Shown one piece after another: positions 12,988 through 22,544 of a stretch of DNA of 32,000 nt (the stretch's first letter is position 1; each line of letters opens with the position of its first letter). The translations under genes were made by a program, and so were the position numbers. Where the stretch lies: contig NZ_BCZP01000002.1 in NCBI RefSeq assembly GCF_001598795.1, positions 30,001 through 62,000 of the forward strand, read 5' to 3'. The notes below the pieces were generated by a model. The model had not been told where the DNA came from. It did no database searches and saw only the letters and a program-made list of their open reading frames with translations. The stretch comes from Delftia acidovorans NBRC 14950. GTDB taxonomy: Bacteria > Pseudomonadota > Gammaproteobacteria > Burkholderiales > Burkholderiaceae_C.

Positions 12988-13509
12988 ATGGCAAAGTTTT
13001 CTCCCAAGGTGCAAGACGAAGGTCGTGACGACGGTCTGCGCGAAAAAATGATCGCGGTGAACCGCGTCACCAAGGTTGTGAAGGGCGGTCGTATCCTCGG
13101 CTTCGCTGCACTGACCGTGGTTGGCGATGGTGATGGCCGCGTTGGCATGGGCAAGGGCAAGTCGAAGGAAGTGCCTGCAGCCGTGCAAAAGGCGATGGAA
13201 GAATCCCGTCGCAACATGATCAAGGTGTCTTTGAAGCACGGCACGATCCATCACACCGTGATGGGTCAGCATGGCGCAGCATCCGTGATGCTGAACCCTG
13301 CTCCCAAGGGTACCGGCATCATCGCCGGCGGCCCGATGCGCGCCGTTTTCGAAGTGCTGGGCATCACCGACATCGTGGCCAAGAGCCATGGTTCGTCGAA
13401 TCCCTACAACATGGTCCGCGCGACTTTTGACGCTCTGAAGCACTCCACGACCCCTTCGGAAGTGGCAGCCAAGCGCGGCAAGTCGGTTGAAGACATCTTC
13501 ACCGCCTGA
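12988..13509 (+). CDS. rpsE: 30S ribosomal protein S5
   Basis: ...[39 protein letters not shown].... Confidence 0.97.
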
Positions 13510-13523
13510 TCGGAGTCAATCAC

Positions 13524-13706
13524 ATGACAACGCAACAAACCGTGAAGGTGCAACTGGTGCGCAGCCCCATTGGCACCAAGGAATCGCACCGCGCCACCGT
13601 CCGTGGCCTGGGCCTGCGCAAGCTGAACAGCATCAGCGAACTGCAGGACACGCCTGCCGTGCGCGGCATGATCAACAAGATCAGCTACCTGGTCAAAGTT
13701 CTCTGA
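13524..13706 (+). CDS. rpmD: 50S ribosomal protein L30
   Basis: 60 aa, ...[27 protein letters not shown].... Confidence 0.95.
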
Positions 13707-13717
13707 AAGGATTGATG

Positions 13718-14149
13718 ATGGAACTCAATAGCATCAAGCCTGCAGAGGGCTCCAAGCACGCCAAGCGCCGTGTCGGTCGCGGCATCGGCTCCGGCCTGGG
13801 CAAGACTGCCGGCCGTGGTCACAAGGGTCAGAAGTCGCGTTCGGGTGGCTACCACAAGGTGGGCTTCGAAGGCGGTCAAATGCCTCTGCAGCGCCGTCTG
13901 CCCAAGCGTGGCTTCAAGTCGCATCTGCTGAAGTTCAATGCAGAAGTGACCCTGTCCGCTCTGGAACAGCTGGGCCTGGCCGAAGTCGATCTGGCAGCTC
14001 TGAAGCAAGCCGGTCTGGTTGGTGAAATCGCAAAGGTGGTCAAGATCATCAAGAGCGGTGAAATCAGCAAGGCTGTCAAGCTCAACGGCATCGGCGCTAC
14101 CGCCGGCGCCAAGGCTGCCATCGAAGCTGCCGGTGGCAGCATCGCCTGA
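13718..14149 (+). CDS. rplO: 50S ribosomal protein L15
   Basis: [48 protein letters not shown] (13707-13711) lies 6 nt upstream. The adjacent in-frame ATG 13715 is an alternative start. The track ORF start at 13487 overlaps rpsE and rpmD. Confidence 0.95.
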   Translation: MELNSIKPAEGSKHAKRRVGRGIGSGLGKTAGRGHKGQKSRSGGYHKVGFEGGQMPLQRRLPKRGFKSHLLKFNAEVTLSALEQLGLAEVDLAALKQAGLVGEIAKVVKIIKSGEISKAVKLNGIGATAGAKAAIEAAGGSIA

Positions 14150-14173
14150 TTAATGATCTGAAAGAAGACATCC

Positions 14174-15493
14174 GTGGCTACTAGCGCAGCTCAAATTGCA
14201 AAAACCGGAAAATTCGGCGATCTTCGCCGCCGTCTGGTTTTTCTGTTGCTCGCGCTGGTCGTTTACCGGATCGGGGCTCATATCCCCGTGCCGGGCATCG
14301 ATCCAGCGCAGCTGCAGCAGCTGTTCAATGGCCAGCAGGGCGGCATTCTCAATCTGTTCAACATGTTCTCGGGTGGGGCGCTCTCGCGCTTCACGGTGTT
14401 CGCACTGGGGATCATGCCGTACATCTCGGCATCGATCATCATGCAGCTCATGACCTACGTGGTCCCTACATTCGAGCAGCTGAAAAAGGAAGGTGAATCG
14501 GGTCGTCGCAAGATCACCCAGTACACCCGCTACGGCACATTGGGCCTGGCGATTTTTCAGTCCCTGGGAATTGCCGTGGCTCTGGAAAGCTCCGCAGGTC
14601 TGGTTCTGAGCCCTGGCTTCGGCTTCCGCCTCACGGCGGTGGTCAGCCTGACGGCCGGCACCATGTTCCTGATGTGGCTCGGTGAACAGATCACGGAACG
14701 TGGTCTGGGCAACGGCATCTCGATCCTCATCTTTGGAGGTATCGCCGCAGGTCTGCCGAGCTCCATCGGTGGTCTGCTGGAGCTGGTGCGCACCGGTGCC
14801 ATGAGCATCCTGGCCGCGATCTTCATCGTTCTCGTGGTGGCAGCCGTGACGTACTTCGTCGTGTTTGTCGAGCGGGGACAACGCAAGATCCTGGTGAACT
14901 ATGCGCGTCGTCAGGTGGGTAACAAGGTGTATGGTGGCCAGTCTTCGCACTTGCCGCTGAAGCTGAACATGGCGGGGGTCATTCCTCCCATCTTCGCTTC
15001 CTCGATCATCTTGCTGCCGGCGACCGTTGTGAACTGGTTCAGTGCAGGGGAATCCATGCGCTGGCTGAAGGACATTGCTAGCACGCTGACCCCCGGTCAG
15101 CCGATCTATGTGATGCTCTACGCCACTGCCATCATCTTCTTCTGCTTCTTCTACACGGCCCTGGTGTTCAACAGCCGGGAAACCGCCGACAACCTGAAGA
15201 AGAGTGGTGCCTTCATCCCCGGGATCCGTCCCGGTGACCAGACGGCCCGCTACATTGACAAGATCCTGGTTCGCCTGACCCTGGCTGGCGCGGTGTACAT
15301 CACATTCGTGTGCTTGTTGCCCGAGTTCCTGATCCTGAAGTACAACGTTCCGTTCTACTTCGGTGGCACATCACTGCTGATTATTGTGGTGGTGACCATG
15401 GACTTCATGGCCCAGGTGCAGAACTACATGATGTCGCAACAGTACGAATCGCTCCTCAAAAAGGCGAACTTCAAAGCGACACTTGGCAATTGA
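14174..15493 (+). CDS. secY: preprotein translocase subunit SecY
   Basis: 439-aa, 10-TM protein. ...[26 protein letters not shown].... GTG start at 14174. Confidence 0.96.
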   Translation: MATSAAQIAKTGKFGDLRRRLVFLLLALVVYRIGAHIPVPGIDPAQLQQLFNGQQGGILNLFNMFSGGALSRFTVFALGIMPYISASIIMQLMTYVVPTFEQLKKEGESGRRKITQYTRYGTLGLAIFQSLGIAVALESSAGLVLSPGFGFRLTAVVSLTAGTMFLMWLGEQITERGLGNGISILIFGGIAAGLPSSIGGLLELVRTGAMSILAAIFIVLVVAAVTYFVVFVERGQRKILVNYARRQVGNKVYGGQSSHLPLKLNMAGVIPPIFASSIILLPATVVNWFSAGESMRWLKDIASTLTPGQPIYVMLYATAIIFFCFFYTALVFNSRETADNLKKSGAFIPGIRPGDQTARYIDKILVRLTLAGAVYITFVCLLPEFLILKYNVPFYFGGTSLLIIVVVTMDFMAQVQNYMMSQQYESLLKKANFKATLGN

Positions 15494-15625
15494 ACTAAGT
15501 GATGGGCCTGGCCGGCGGTGCCGGCGGGTCCAGTAAGAGTTAGTAGACGCCCACTCGATCTATCCATCGCGGGCATGTTTCCCGGTCGATAGGCCGTAAC
15601 GGATGTAGAGTTTTAGGAGAATGAA

Positions 15626-15739
15626 ATGAGAGTTTCGGCTTCGGTCAAAAAAATCTGCCGTAACTGCAAGATCATCCGCCGCAAAGGTGTGGTGCGAGTG
15701 ATCTGCACGGACCAGCGCCACAAGCAGCGCCAGGGTTGA
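15626..15739 (+). CDS. rpmJ: 50S ribosomal protein L36
   Basis: Not in the ORF track because it is under 60 aa. [37 protein letters not shown] (37 aa) is read from ATG 15626. AGGAGA (15615-15620) lies 5 nt upstream. Confidence 0.93.
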   Translation: MRVSASVKKICRNCKIIRRKGVVRVICTDQRHKQRQG

Positions 15740-15761
15740 TAGGAAAGTTTGAGGACGAATA

Positions 15762-16127
15762 ATGGCACGTATCGCTGGCATTAACATCCCGCCGCATCAG
15801 CACGCTGAAATCGGCCTGACCGCTATCTATGGGATCGGTCGCACCACTGCACGCAAGATCTGCGAAGCCGCTGGCATCGCATATTCCAAGAAAATCAAGG
15901 AACTGACTGACGGTGATCTGGAAAAGATCCGTGATCAGCTGACTTCCCTGACTCTGGAAGGTGATCTGCGTCGCGAAACAACGATGAACATCAAGCGTTT
16001 GATGGACATCGGTTGCTATCGCGGTTTCCGTCATCGTCGTGGCCTGCCCATGCGTGGTCAACGTACCCGCACGAATGCACGTACCCGCAAGGGTCCGCGC
16101 AAGGGTGCCGCGGCTTTGAAGAAATAA
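15762..16127 (+). CDS. rpsM: 30S ribosomal protein S13
   Basis: [39 protein letters not shown].... Confidence 0.97.
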   Translation: MARIAGINIPPHQHAEIGLTAIYGIGRTTARKICEAAGIAYSKKIKELTDGDLEKIRDQLTSLTLEGDLRRETTMNIKRLMDIGCYRGFRHRRGLPMRGQRTRTNARTRKGPRKGAAALKK

Positions 16128-16145
16128 AGAGATTGAAAGATCACT

Positions 16146-16550
16146 ATGGCTAAGTCTCCCGCAAACAACGCTGCACAGCGCGTTCGCAAGAAAGTCCGTA
16201 AGAACATTTCGGACGGCATTGCCCACGTGCACGCTTCGTTCAACAACACGATCATCACCATCACCGACCGCCAAGGCAACGCTCTGTCGTGGGCCTCGTC
16301 GGGTGGCCAGGGCTTCAAGGGTTCGCGCAAGTCGACTCCCTTCGCTGCCCAGGTGGCTTCGGAAGTGGCTGGTCGTGCTGCCATCGAACAGGGCATCAAG
16401 AACCTGGACGTCGAAATCAAGGGTCCCGGTCCTGGCCGTGAATCCTCGGTTCGCGCCCTGGGCGCCCTGGGCATCCGCATCACTTCCATCGCGGACGTGA
16501 CGCCGGTTCCCCACAACGGCTGCCGCCCTCAAAAGCGCCGTCGTATCTAA
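16146..16550 (+). CDS. rpsK: 30S ribosomal protein S11
   Basis: ...[31 protein letters not shown]...[16 protein letters not shown]. Confidence 0.97.
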   Translation: MAKSPANNAAQRVRKKVRKNISDGIAHVHASFNNTIITITDRQGNALSWASSGGQGFKGSRKSTPFAAQVASEVAGRAAIEQGIKNLDVEIKGPGPGRESSVRALGALGIRITSIADVTPVPHNGCRPQKRRRI

Positions 16551-16640
16551 GCTTTTTCACCAAGCCCACCGCCGCCCAGATGTGTAACATCGCGGGCGGC
16601 TCCCGTGCTTGTGCACGGCAGATGACACAAAGGAAATCAA

Positions 16641-17264
16641 GTGGCACGCTATATCGGCCCCAAGGCCAAACTCTCCCGCCGTGAAGGCACTGACCTGTTT
16701 CTGAAGAGCGCACGTCGCTCGATCGCCGACAAGTCCAAGTTCGACACCAAGCCCGGCCAGCATGGCCGCACTTCCGGTCAGCGTACTTCCGACTTCGGCC
16801 TGCAGCTGCGTGAAAAGCAGAAGGTCAAGCGCATGTACGGCGTGCTGGAAAAGCAATTCCGCCGCTACTTCGAAGCCGCCGACAAGAAGAAGGGCAACAC
16901 CGGTGCCAATCTGCTGTCGCTGCTGGAGTCGCGTCTGGACAACGTGGTGTACCGCATGGGCTTCGGCTCGACCCGCTCGGAAGCGCGTCAGCTGGTGTCG
17001 CACAAGGCCATCACGGTCAACGGCCAATCCGTCAACATCCCTTCCTACATGGTGAAGGTGGGTGACGTGGTCGCCGTGCGTGAAAAGTCCAAGAAGCAGG
17101 CCCGCATCGTCGAAGCCCTGCAACTGGCTGGTCAAGTCGGTTTCCCTGCATGGGTGGAAGTGTCTGCCGACAAGGCTGAAGGCACGTTCAAGAAGTCGCC
17201 TGACCGCGACGAGTTCGGTGCAGACATCAACGAATCCCTGATCGTTGAGTTGTACTCGCGTTAA
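16641..17264 (+). CDS. rpsD: 30S ribosomal protein S4
   Basis: (GTG start) [23 protein letters not shown]...[14 protein letters not shown].... Confidence 0.97.
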   Translation: MARYIGPKAKLSRREGTDLFLKSARRSIADKSKFDTKPGQHGRTSGQRTSDFGLQLREKQKVKRMYGVLEKQFRRYFEAADKKKGNTGANLLSLLESRLDNVVYRMGFGSTRSEARQLVSHKAITVNGQSVNIPSYMVKVGDVVAVREKSKKQARIVEALQLAGQVGFPAWVEVSADKAEGTFKKSPDRDEFGADINESLIVELYSR

Positions 17265-17376
17265 TTCCGCGCAGCGACATTTCTGTAAAACCGTCCCCCA
17301 GCCGCGAGGCATCGCGCTGGGGTGCTTCACCAGCCTTACCGGTGTAACGAGCCGGGGGTATTGAGAGGAAGTCTGC

Positions 17377-18375
17377 ATGCAAACCAATTTGCTGAAGCCC
17401 AAGACGATCAATGTCGAGCAGCTTGGCCACAATCGCGCCAAAGTTGTTCTGGAGCCGTTTGAGCGTGGCTACGGCCATACGCTGGGCAACGCCCTGCGCC
17501 GTGTCCTGCTCTCGTCCATGGTGGGTTACGCAGCGACGGAAGTGACGATTGCTGGTGTGCTGCACGAGTACTCGTCCATCGACGGTGTCCAGGAAGATGT
17601 GGTCAACATCCTGCTGAACCTCAAGGGTGTGGTGTTCAAGCTGCACAACCGCGATGAGGTCACGCTCTCGCTGCGCAAGGATGGCGAAGGCGTCGTGACG
17701 GCGCGCGACATCCAGACGCCCCACGACGTGGAAATCATCAACCCTGATCATGTCATCGCCAACCTGTCGCAAGGCGGCAAGCTGGACATGCAGATCAAGG
17801 TGGAGAAGGGCCGCGGCTATGTGCCCGGCAACGTGCGCCGCTATGGCGACGAGTCCACGAAGTCGATCGGCCGCATTGTGCTGGACGCTTCGTTCTCGCC
17901 CGTCAAGCGCGTGAGCTACGCCGTCGAATCGGCCCGCGTTGAACAACGCACCGACCTCGACAAGCTGGTGGTGGAGATCGAAACCAATGGTGCGATCACT
18001 GCCGAGGACGCCGTGCGCGCATCCGCCAAGATCCTGGTGGAACAGCTCGCCGTGTTCGCTCAGCTGGACGGCGGCGATATCGCCAGCGTCTTCGATGCTC
18101 CGGCCGGTGGCCGTGGTGCCGCAACCGCCTTTGATCCCATCTTGCTGCGTCCCGTGGACGAGCTGGAGCTCACCGTGCGTTCGGCCAACTGCCTCAAGGC
18201 AGAGAACATCTACTACATCGGCGACCTGATCCAGCGTACCGAAAACGAGCTGCTCAAGACCCCCAACCTGGGTCGCAAGTCGCTCAACGAGATCAAGGAA
18301 GTCCTGGCTTCCCGCGGTCTGACGCTGGGCATGAAGCTCGAGAACTGGCCGCCTGCTGGCCTGGAAAAGCGCTAA
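17377..18375 (+). CDS. rpoA: DNA-directed RNA polymerase subunit alpha
   Basis: ...[24 protein letters not shown]..., and a C-terminal domain ...[48 protein letters not shown]. Confidence 0.97.
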   Translation: MQTNLLKPKTINVEQLGHNRAKVVLEPFERGYGHTLGNALRRVLLSSMVGYAATEVTIAGVLHEYSSIDGVQEDVVNILLNLKGVVFKLHNRDEVTLSLRKDGEGVVTARDIQTPHDVEIINPDHVIANLSQGGKLDMQIKVEKGRGYVPGNVRRYGDESTKSIGRIVLDASFSPVKRVSYAVESARVEQRTDLDKLVVEIETNGAITAEDAVRASAKILVEQLAVFAQLDGGDIASVFDAPAGGRGAATAFDPILLRPVDELELTVRSANCLKAENIYYIGDLIQRTENELLKTPNLGRKSLNEIKEVLASRGLTLGMKLENWPPAGLEKR

Positions 18376-18561
18376 GCACTATAATTGCGGGCTCTCCTTT
18401 TTGGAGAGCCTCAGTGCCTCGGGCAGTACCTGATACGGCTGCACGAATTAATCAACAACTTGCGCAAATTCGGTTGAGGCAAGCTGCGGATCCGGTAACG
18501 GGTCCAGGCTTGCATCCTTGTTTGCGCAAGCCCTAATTACATATTTTAGGAATAAAGCACC

Positions 18562-18954
18562 ATGCGTCACGGTCACGGCCTCCGCAAACTCAATCGCACC
18601 TCTTCGCACCGCCTGGCGATGCTGAAGAACATGATGAATTCGCTCATCGAGCACGAAGCCATCAAGACCACCGTTCCCAAGGCCAAGGAACTGCGCCGCG
18701 TGATCGAGCCCATGATCACCCTGGCCAAGGTCGACACCGTTGCCAACCGCCGTCTGGCATTCGACCGCCTGCGCGACCGCGACAGCGTGACCAAGCTCTT
18801 CAACGAGCTGGGCCCCCGCTTCGCAAAGCGTCCTGGTGGCTACACCCGTATCCTGAAGATGGGCTTCCGCGTGGGCGACAACGCCCCCATGGCCTTCGTG
18901 GAACTGGTCGAGCGCGCTGAAGAAGGCGCCGCCGAAGCCAAGGCAGCTGAATAA
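18562..18954 (+). CDS. rplQ: 50S ribosomal protein L17
   Basis: [37 protein letters not shown].... Confidence 0.97.
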   Translation: MRHGHGLRKLNRTSSHRLAMLKNMMNSLIEHEAIKTTVPKAKELRRVIEPMITLAKVDTVANRRLAFDRLRDRDSVTKLFNELGPRFAKRPGGYTRILKMGFRVGDNAPMAFVELVERAEEGAAEAKAAE

Positions 18955-18975
18955 TCTGCTATAATTTTGGAATAC

Positions 18976-19052
<77 letters not shown>

Positions 19053-19056
19053 AATT

Positions 19057-19091
19057 GAAAAGGGCTACGACAACTGTCGTAGCCCTTTTTT
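19057..19091. terminator. bidirectional intrinsic terminator
   Basis: AAAA-GGGCTACGAC (19062-19071), a 4-nt loop, GTCGTAGCCC (19076-19085), then TTTTTT. The plus strand has a 6-T tail. The minus strand reads TTTTCAATTT after the stem. It sits between the tRNA and the convergent gene ending at 19135. Confidence 0.85.
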
Positions 19092-19134
19092 CATGCCCTC
19101 GCGCCAGGGCAAAGGCCAGGCAGACAGCCCGGCA

Positions 19135-19452
19135 TCAGCCGCCCAGCTGGTTGCCGATGCGCTGGCCCAGCCGCAGGCGCACGCGGTGGGCGATTTCCTG
19201 GGCGACCTCGGGGCTGAGCACTTCGCTGATGTGCAGCAGCTCGGTGTAGTGCATGTACAAGAGGCCGCGCAGGGTCTTGAAAGCGGCCTCGTGGTCGCCG
19301 CCGCAGACGCTGGCGTCATCGGCCAGCACGCGCTCCACCACGCCGGCCTGCAGCAGCGGGATCTTGCAGATGACGGCGTGGCGGGCGATCTCCAGGTCGA
19401 TCTCCTGGAGCCGGCATTCCCATTCCTCGGGCAAGAATCGGTTGGCTGGCAT
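19135..19452 (-). CDS. hypothetical protein (105 aa), no family recognised
   Basis: MPANRFLPEEWECRLQEIDLEIARHAVICKIPLLQAGVVERVLADD.... ATG (complement of 19450-19452) lies 10 nt after AAGGAG. The ORF is open up to 19524, but that start has no SD. High GC3 in this frame supports coding. Confidence 0.6.
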   Translation of the reverse strand: MPANRFLPEEWECRLQEIDLEIARHAVICKIPLLQAGVVERVLADDASVCGGDHEAAFKTLRGLLYMHYTELLHISEVLSPEVAQEIAHRVRLRLGQRIGNQLGG

Positions 19453-19746
19453 GTCGGCTTTTCTCCTTTTTTCACTGCATGGGTACACCGGGGCGAAAGG
19501 CACCCGGTCTGGGGATGCTGTCATGTGAGCGGGGCTCGGTGGCCTGGGTCGCCAGGTTTACTGGCCCGGCCTTGATGCCTGTCAAACTTCGGTGGCGCAG
19601 GCGCCCGCTGGAAGCCGGGCTCATGCTGCACTGCATCATGATGTCAGTCATGCGGCGCGGCCGCCAGTGCCCGTGCAGGCTGGTGGGCTTTTGCTCCCGG
19701 CAGGCCATGCTCTCTCGGCGCCGCTCCGGCAACGCAAAGGATCCAC

Positions 19747-21252
19747 ATGCTCGAGAAGATCGCCTCGCTGTTCCGCTATTTCAAGGCGGCCGTGCCGTTC
19801 CGGCTGGTGCCGGCACTGATTGCCACCGCCGTGCTGTTCGGCCTGCTGCTGATGCCCGTGCCCGAGGGGCTGACGCCCAAGGGCTGGCAGCTGGTCGCCA
19901 TTTTCCTGACCACCATCGTGGCCATCATCCTCAAGGTCATGCCCATTGGCGTGATGGCCTTGATGGCCATCGTCATCGTCTCGCTGTCCCAGGTCACCTC
20001 CGGCTCGTCCAAGGGTGCCATCACCGATGCGCTGAGCAGCTTTTCCAGCCCGCTGATCTGGCTGATCGTGGTGGCCATCCTGATCTCGCGCGGCCTCAAG
20101 AAGACGGGGCTGGGCAGCCGCATCGGCCTGATGTTCATCGCCCTGCTGGGCAAGCGCACCATCGGCATCGGCTACGGCCTGGCGATCTGCGAGCTGGTGC
20201 TGGCTCCGTTCACGCCCAGCAACACGGCGCGCGGCGGCGGCATCGTGCACCCGATCATGAAGTCCATCGCCAATGCCTTCGAGTCGGACCCGGCCAAGGG
20301 CACGCAGGGCAAGGTGGGCACCTACCTGGCCCTGGTCAACTACCACGCCAATCCCATCACCTCGGCCATGTTCCTGACCGCCACGGCGCCCAACCCGCTG
20401 GTGGTGGATTTCGTGGCCAAGGCCACGGGCCAGGCCCTGCACCTGAGCTGGACCACCTGGGCGCTGTACATGCTGCTGCCGGGCCTGCTGTGCCTGCTGC
20501 TGATGCCGCTGGTGATCTACCTGCTGTCGCCGCCCGAGCTCAAGGCCACGCCCAATGCCGTGGAGTACGCCCGCAGCGAGATGGCGCGCATGGGGCCGCT
20601 GTCGGGCAAGGAGCGCGTGATGCTGGGCACCTTCGGCCTGATGCTGCTGCTGTGGGCCAACGTGCCGCAGATGCTGTTCGGCCCGGCCTTCGTGCTGGAC
20701 CCCACCGTGGTCGCCTTCCTGGGCCTGTTCGTGCTGATCATCACGGGCACCATTGACTGGGATGACGTGCTGTCCGAGAAAAGCGCCTGGGATACCCTGG
20801 TGTGGTTCGGCGCCCTGGTCATGTTGGCCGAGCAGCTCAACAAGCTCGGCGTGGTGTCCTGGTTTGCCGTGGGCATGAAGAACGCCATCGTCGCCAGCGG
20901 CCTGGACTGGCTGCCGGTGGCGGCCATCCTGGTGGGCGTGTTCGTGTTCTCGCACTACCTGTTCGCCAGCACCACGGCCCACATCAGCGCGATGATGCTG
21001 GCCTTCCTGACTGTGGGCGCGCAGCTGATTCCGGCCGACTATGTCGTGCCCTTCATGCTGATGATGACGGCCGGCTCGGCCATCATGATGACGCTCACGC
21101 ACTACGCCACCGGCACTTCGCCCATCATCTTCGGCAGCGGCTACGTCACGCTGGGCAACTGGTGGCGCGTGGGCGCGGCCATGTGCGTGATCGAGCTGCT
21201 GATCTTTGCCGTGGTCGGCAGTGTCTGGTGGAAGCTGCTGGGCCTGTGGTGA
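19747..21252 (+). CDS. DASS-family anion permease (divalent anion:Na+ symporter / CitT-TtdT-YbhI-like di/tricarboxylate or sulfate transporter)
   Basis: 501-aa polytopic protein. It has the two hairpin-type SNT/SNxA-like motifs of the family (FTPSNTARGG; THYATGTSPIIFGSG). The substrate cannot be read from the sequence. Confidence 0.8.
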   Translation: MLEKIASLFRYFKAAVPFRLVPALIATAVLFGLLLMPVPEGLTPKGWQLVAIFLTTIVAIILKVMPIGVMALMAIVIVSLSQVTSGSSKGAITDALSSFSSPLIWLIVVAILISRGLKKTGLGSRIGLMFIALLGKRTIGIGYGLAICELVLAPFTPSNTARGGGIVHPIMKSIANAFESDPAKGTQGKVGTYLALVNYHANPITSAMFLTATAPNPLVVDFVAKATGQALHLSWTTWALYMLLPGLLCLLLMPLVIYLLSPPELKATPNAVEYARSEMARMGPLSGKERVMLGTFGLMLLLWANVPQMLFGPAFVLDPTVVAFLGLFVLIITGTIDWDDVLSEKSAWDTLVWFGALVMLAEQLNKLGVVSWFAVGMKNAIVASGLDWLPVAAILVGVFVFSHYLFASTTAHISAMMLAFLTVGAQLIPADYVVPFMLMMTAGSAIMMTLTHYATGTSPIIFGSGYVTLGNWWRVGAAMCVIELLIFAVVGSVWWKLLGLW

Positions 21253-21264
21253 GGGCGGGCGCCC

Positions 21265-21852
21265 TCAAGCCGTGGTCCGTGGCTCGCCCAGCGACAGCAT
21301 GAGCCGGTTGGCCCAGTTGAAGAAGGCCGTGCCGTGCAGCACATCGGAGATGGCGGCATCGTCCAGGCCTGCGGTGCGCAGCGCATCGATGTGGGCGGGC
21401 TCCAGCGCAGGCGGCGTCTGGGTCAGCGCCACGGCCGCCGTGACGATGGCGTTCCAGCGCGGCCCCAGGTCCGTGCCCGGGCCTTCGTCGAGCAGGCGCT
21501 GCACGTCGCCGCTCCGGCGCGAGAAGTGCGTGGCAAAGCGCGCATGGACCGAGGCGCAGTAGATGCAGCCATTGGCGCGCGAGGTGGCCGCAGCGGCCAG
21601 CTCGCGCTCGGCGCGCGGCAGGCCGGCGTCGGGGTTGTAGAAGATGTCCTTGTCGGTGCGCGTGCGTGCGCCCAGCGTGTCGGGGTCGCGCGCCAGCAGG
21701 CGGAAGTAGGGCGACTGCGCGCGTGAGGCATCGACCAGGCCCGCATGGTGGCGTTCGGTCAGCTCGCTTTCTTCCAGCGGCTCAATCCATGGCAGCCAGT
21801 CGAGCTGTTCCTGGGTGAAGACCTGGGGAGCGGCGGAGTTCGTTGAGGTCAT
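21265..21852 (-). CDS. AhpD-like / carboxymuconolactone-decarboxylase-fold peroxidase-related protein with CxxC motif
   Basis: 195 aa, MTSTNSAAPQVFTQEQLDWLPWIEP.... The CMD/AhpD active-site pattern is SRANGCIYCASVH (C-x-x-C-x3-H). Its ATG overlaps the upstream stop as ATGA (21849-21852). The 461-aa track ORF is an off-frame extension. Confidence 0.85.
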   Translation of the reverse strand: MTSTNSAAPQVFTQEQLDWLPWIEPLEESELTERHHAGLVDASRAQSPYFRLLARDPDTLGARTRTDKDIFYNPDAGLPRAERELAAAATSRANGCIYCASVHARFATHFSRRSGDVQRLLDEGPGTDLGPRWNAIVTAAVALTQTPPALEPAHIDALRTAGLDDAAISDVLHGTAFFNWANRLMLSLGEPRTTA

Positions 21853-22544
21853 GGCTGGGCTTGCAGGGTGTTGGGTTGATGGGCTGCCTGGGGCGCGGGG
21901 CGTGCAGCCAGCACGCGCAACCCCGCCACCACGCGGATCTGGAAGGACAGGAAGGACGCCAGCTGGGACAGGATGACGATGTCCGTCTCGCTCCAGCCCG
22001 CCTGTTGCAGCGCCTGCAGGGCTCCGGCGCTGGCGTCGCGCGGGTGGTAGGCCAGCAGGTGGGCATGGGCCAGCGCCGCGGCCAGGCGCGGGCCCAGCAG
22101 TGCGGCGTGGGCCGGGTCCACGGCATAGGCGGGGCCGGGCTGGTCCTCGCGGCTCAACGGGCCTGCCGGGTAGCTGCCGTAGGGGCCGTGCGGGCCGCTG
22201 CCGGCCTGCAGGCTCTGGGCGCGGCCACGCACCACTTCGGACGCCACCACGGCGGCCAGTTCGGCATCCTCGGTGGCCAGCGCGCGTGTATAGAAGACGG
22301 CGCTGCGCGGCTCGCCATGCAGCCCGGCCGTGAAGGCGGCCAGGGCCAGCTGCTCGCGCAGCGAGACCGTGCCGGGCACGGGCTCGGCGGGCGTGAACAG
22401 GGCTGCAAAGCTTTGCTGGGCCTGCGTGCGTGCCTCGGTGCGGTGGCGGCGCACGCGGTCCAGGGCGCTGCCGGGGGTGATGTCGGCGAGGTGGTCGATC
22501 ACGTCGCCGGGAAAGCGGGGCGTTGCGGTGGTGTTCATGGTCAT
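21849..22544 (-). CDS. CMD-domain protein, cysteine-free partner of the AhpD-like protein
   Basis: 231 aa with no Cys residue. The helical CMD-like ends flank a Gly/Pro/Tyr-rich insert (residues 111-144). Its ATG overlaps the LLM stop as ATGA (22541-22544). Confidence 0.75.
   Translation of the reverse strand: MTMNTTATPRFPGDVIDHLADITPGSALDRVRRHRTEARTQAQQSFAALFTPAEPVPGTVSLREQLALAAFTAGLHGEPRSAVFYTRALATEDAELAAVVASEVVRGRAQSLQAGSGPHGPYGSYPAGPLSREDQPGPAYAVDPAHAALLGPRLAAALAHAHLLAYHPRDASAGALQALQQAGWSETDIVILSQLASFLSFQIRVVAGLRVLAARPAPQAAHQPNTLQAQP

Noticed and set aside
15621-15629. Mini-ORF ATG AAA TGA directly after the AGGAGA SD and overlapping the rpmJ ATG.
   Set aside because: It has zero spacing to the SD. 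The ATG at 15626 has canonical 5-nt spacing and gives a full-length L36.
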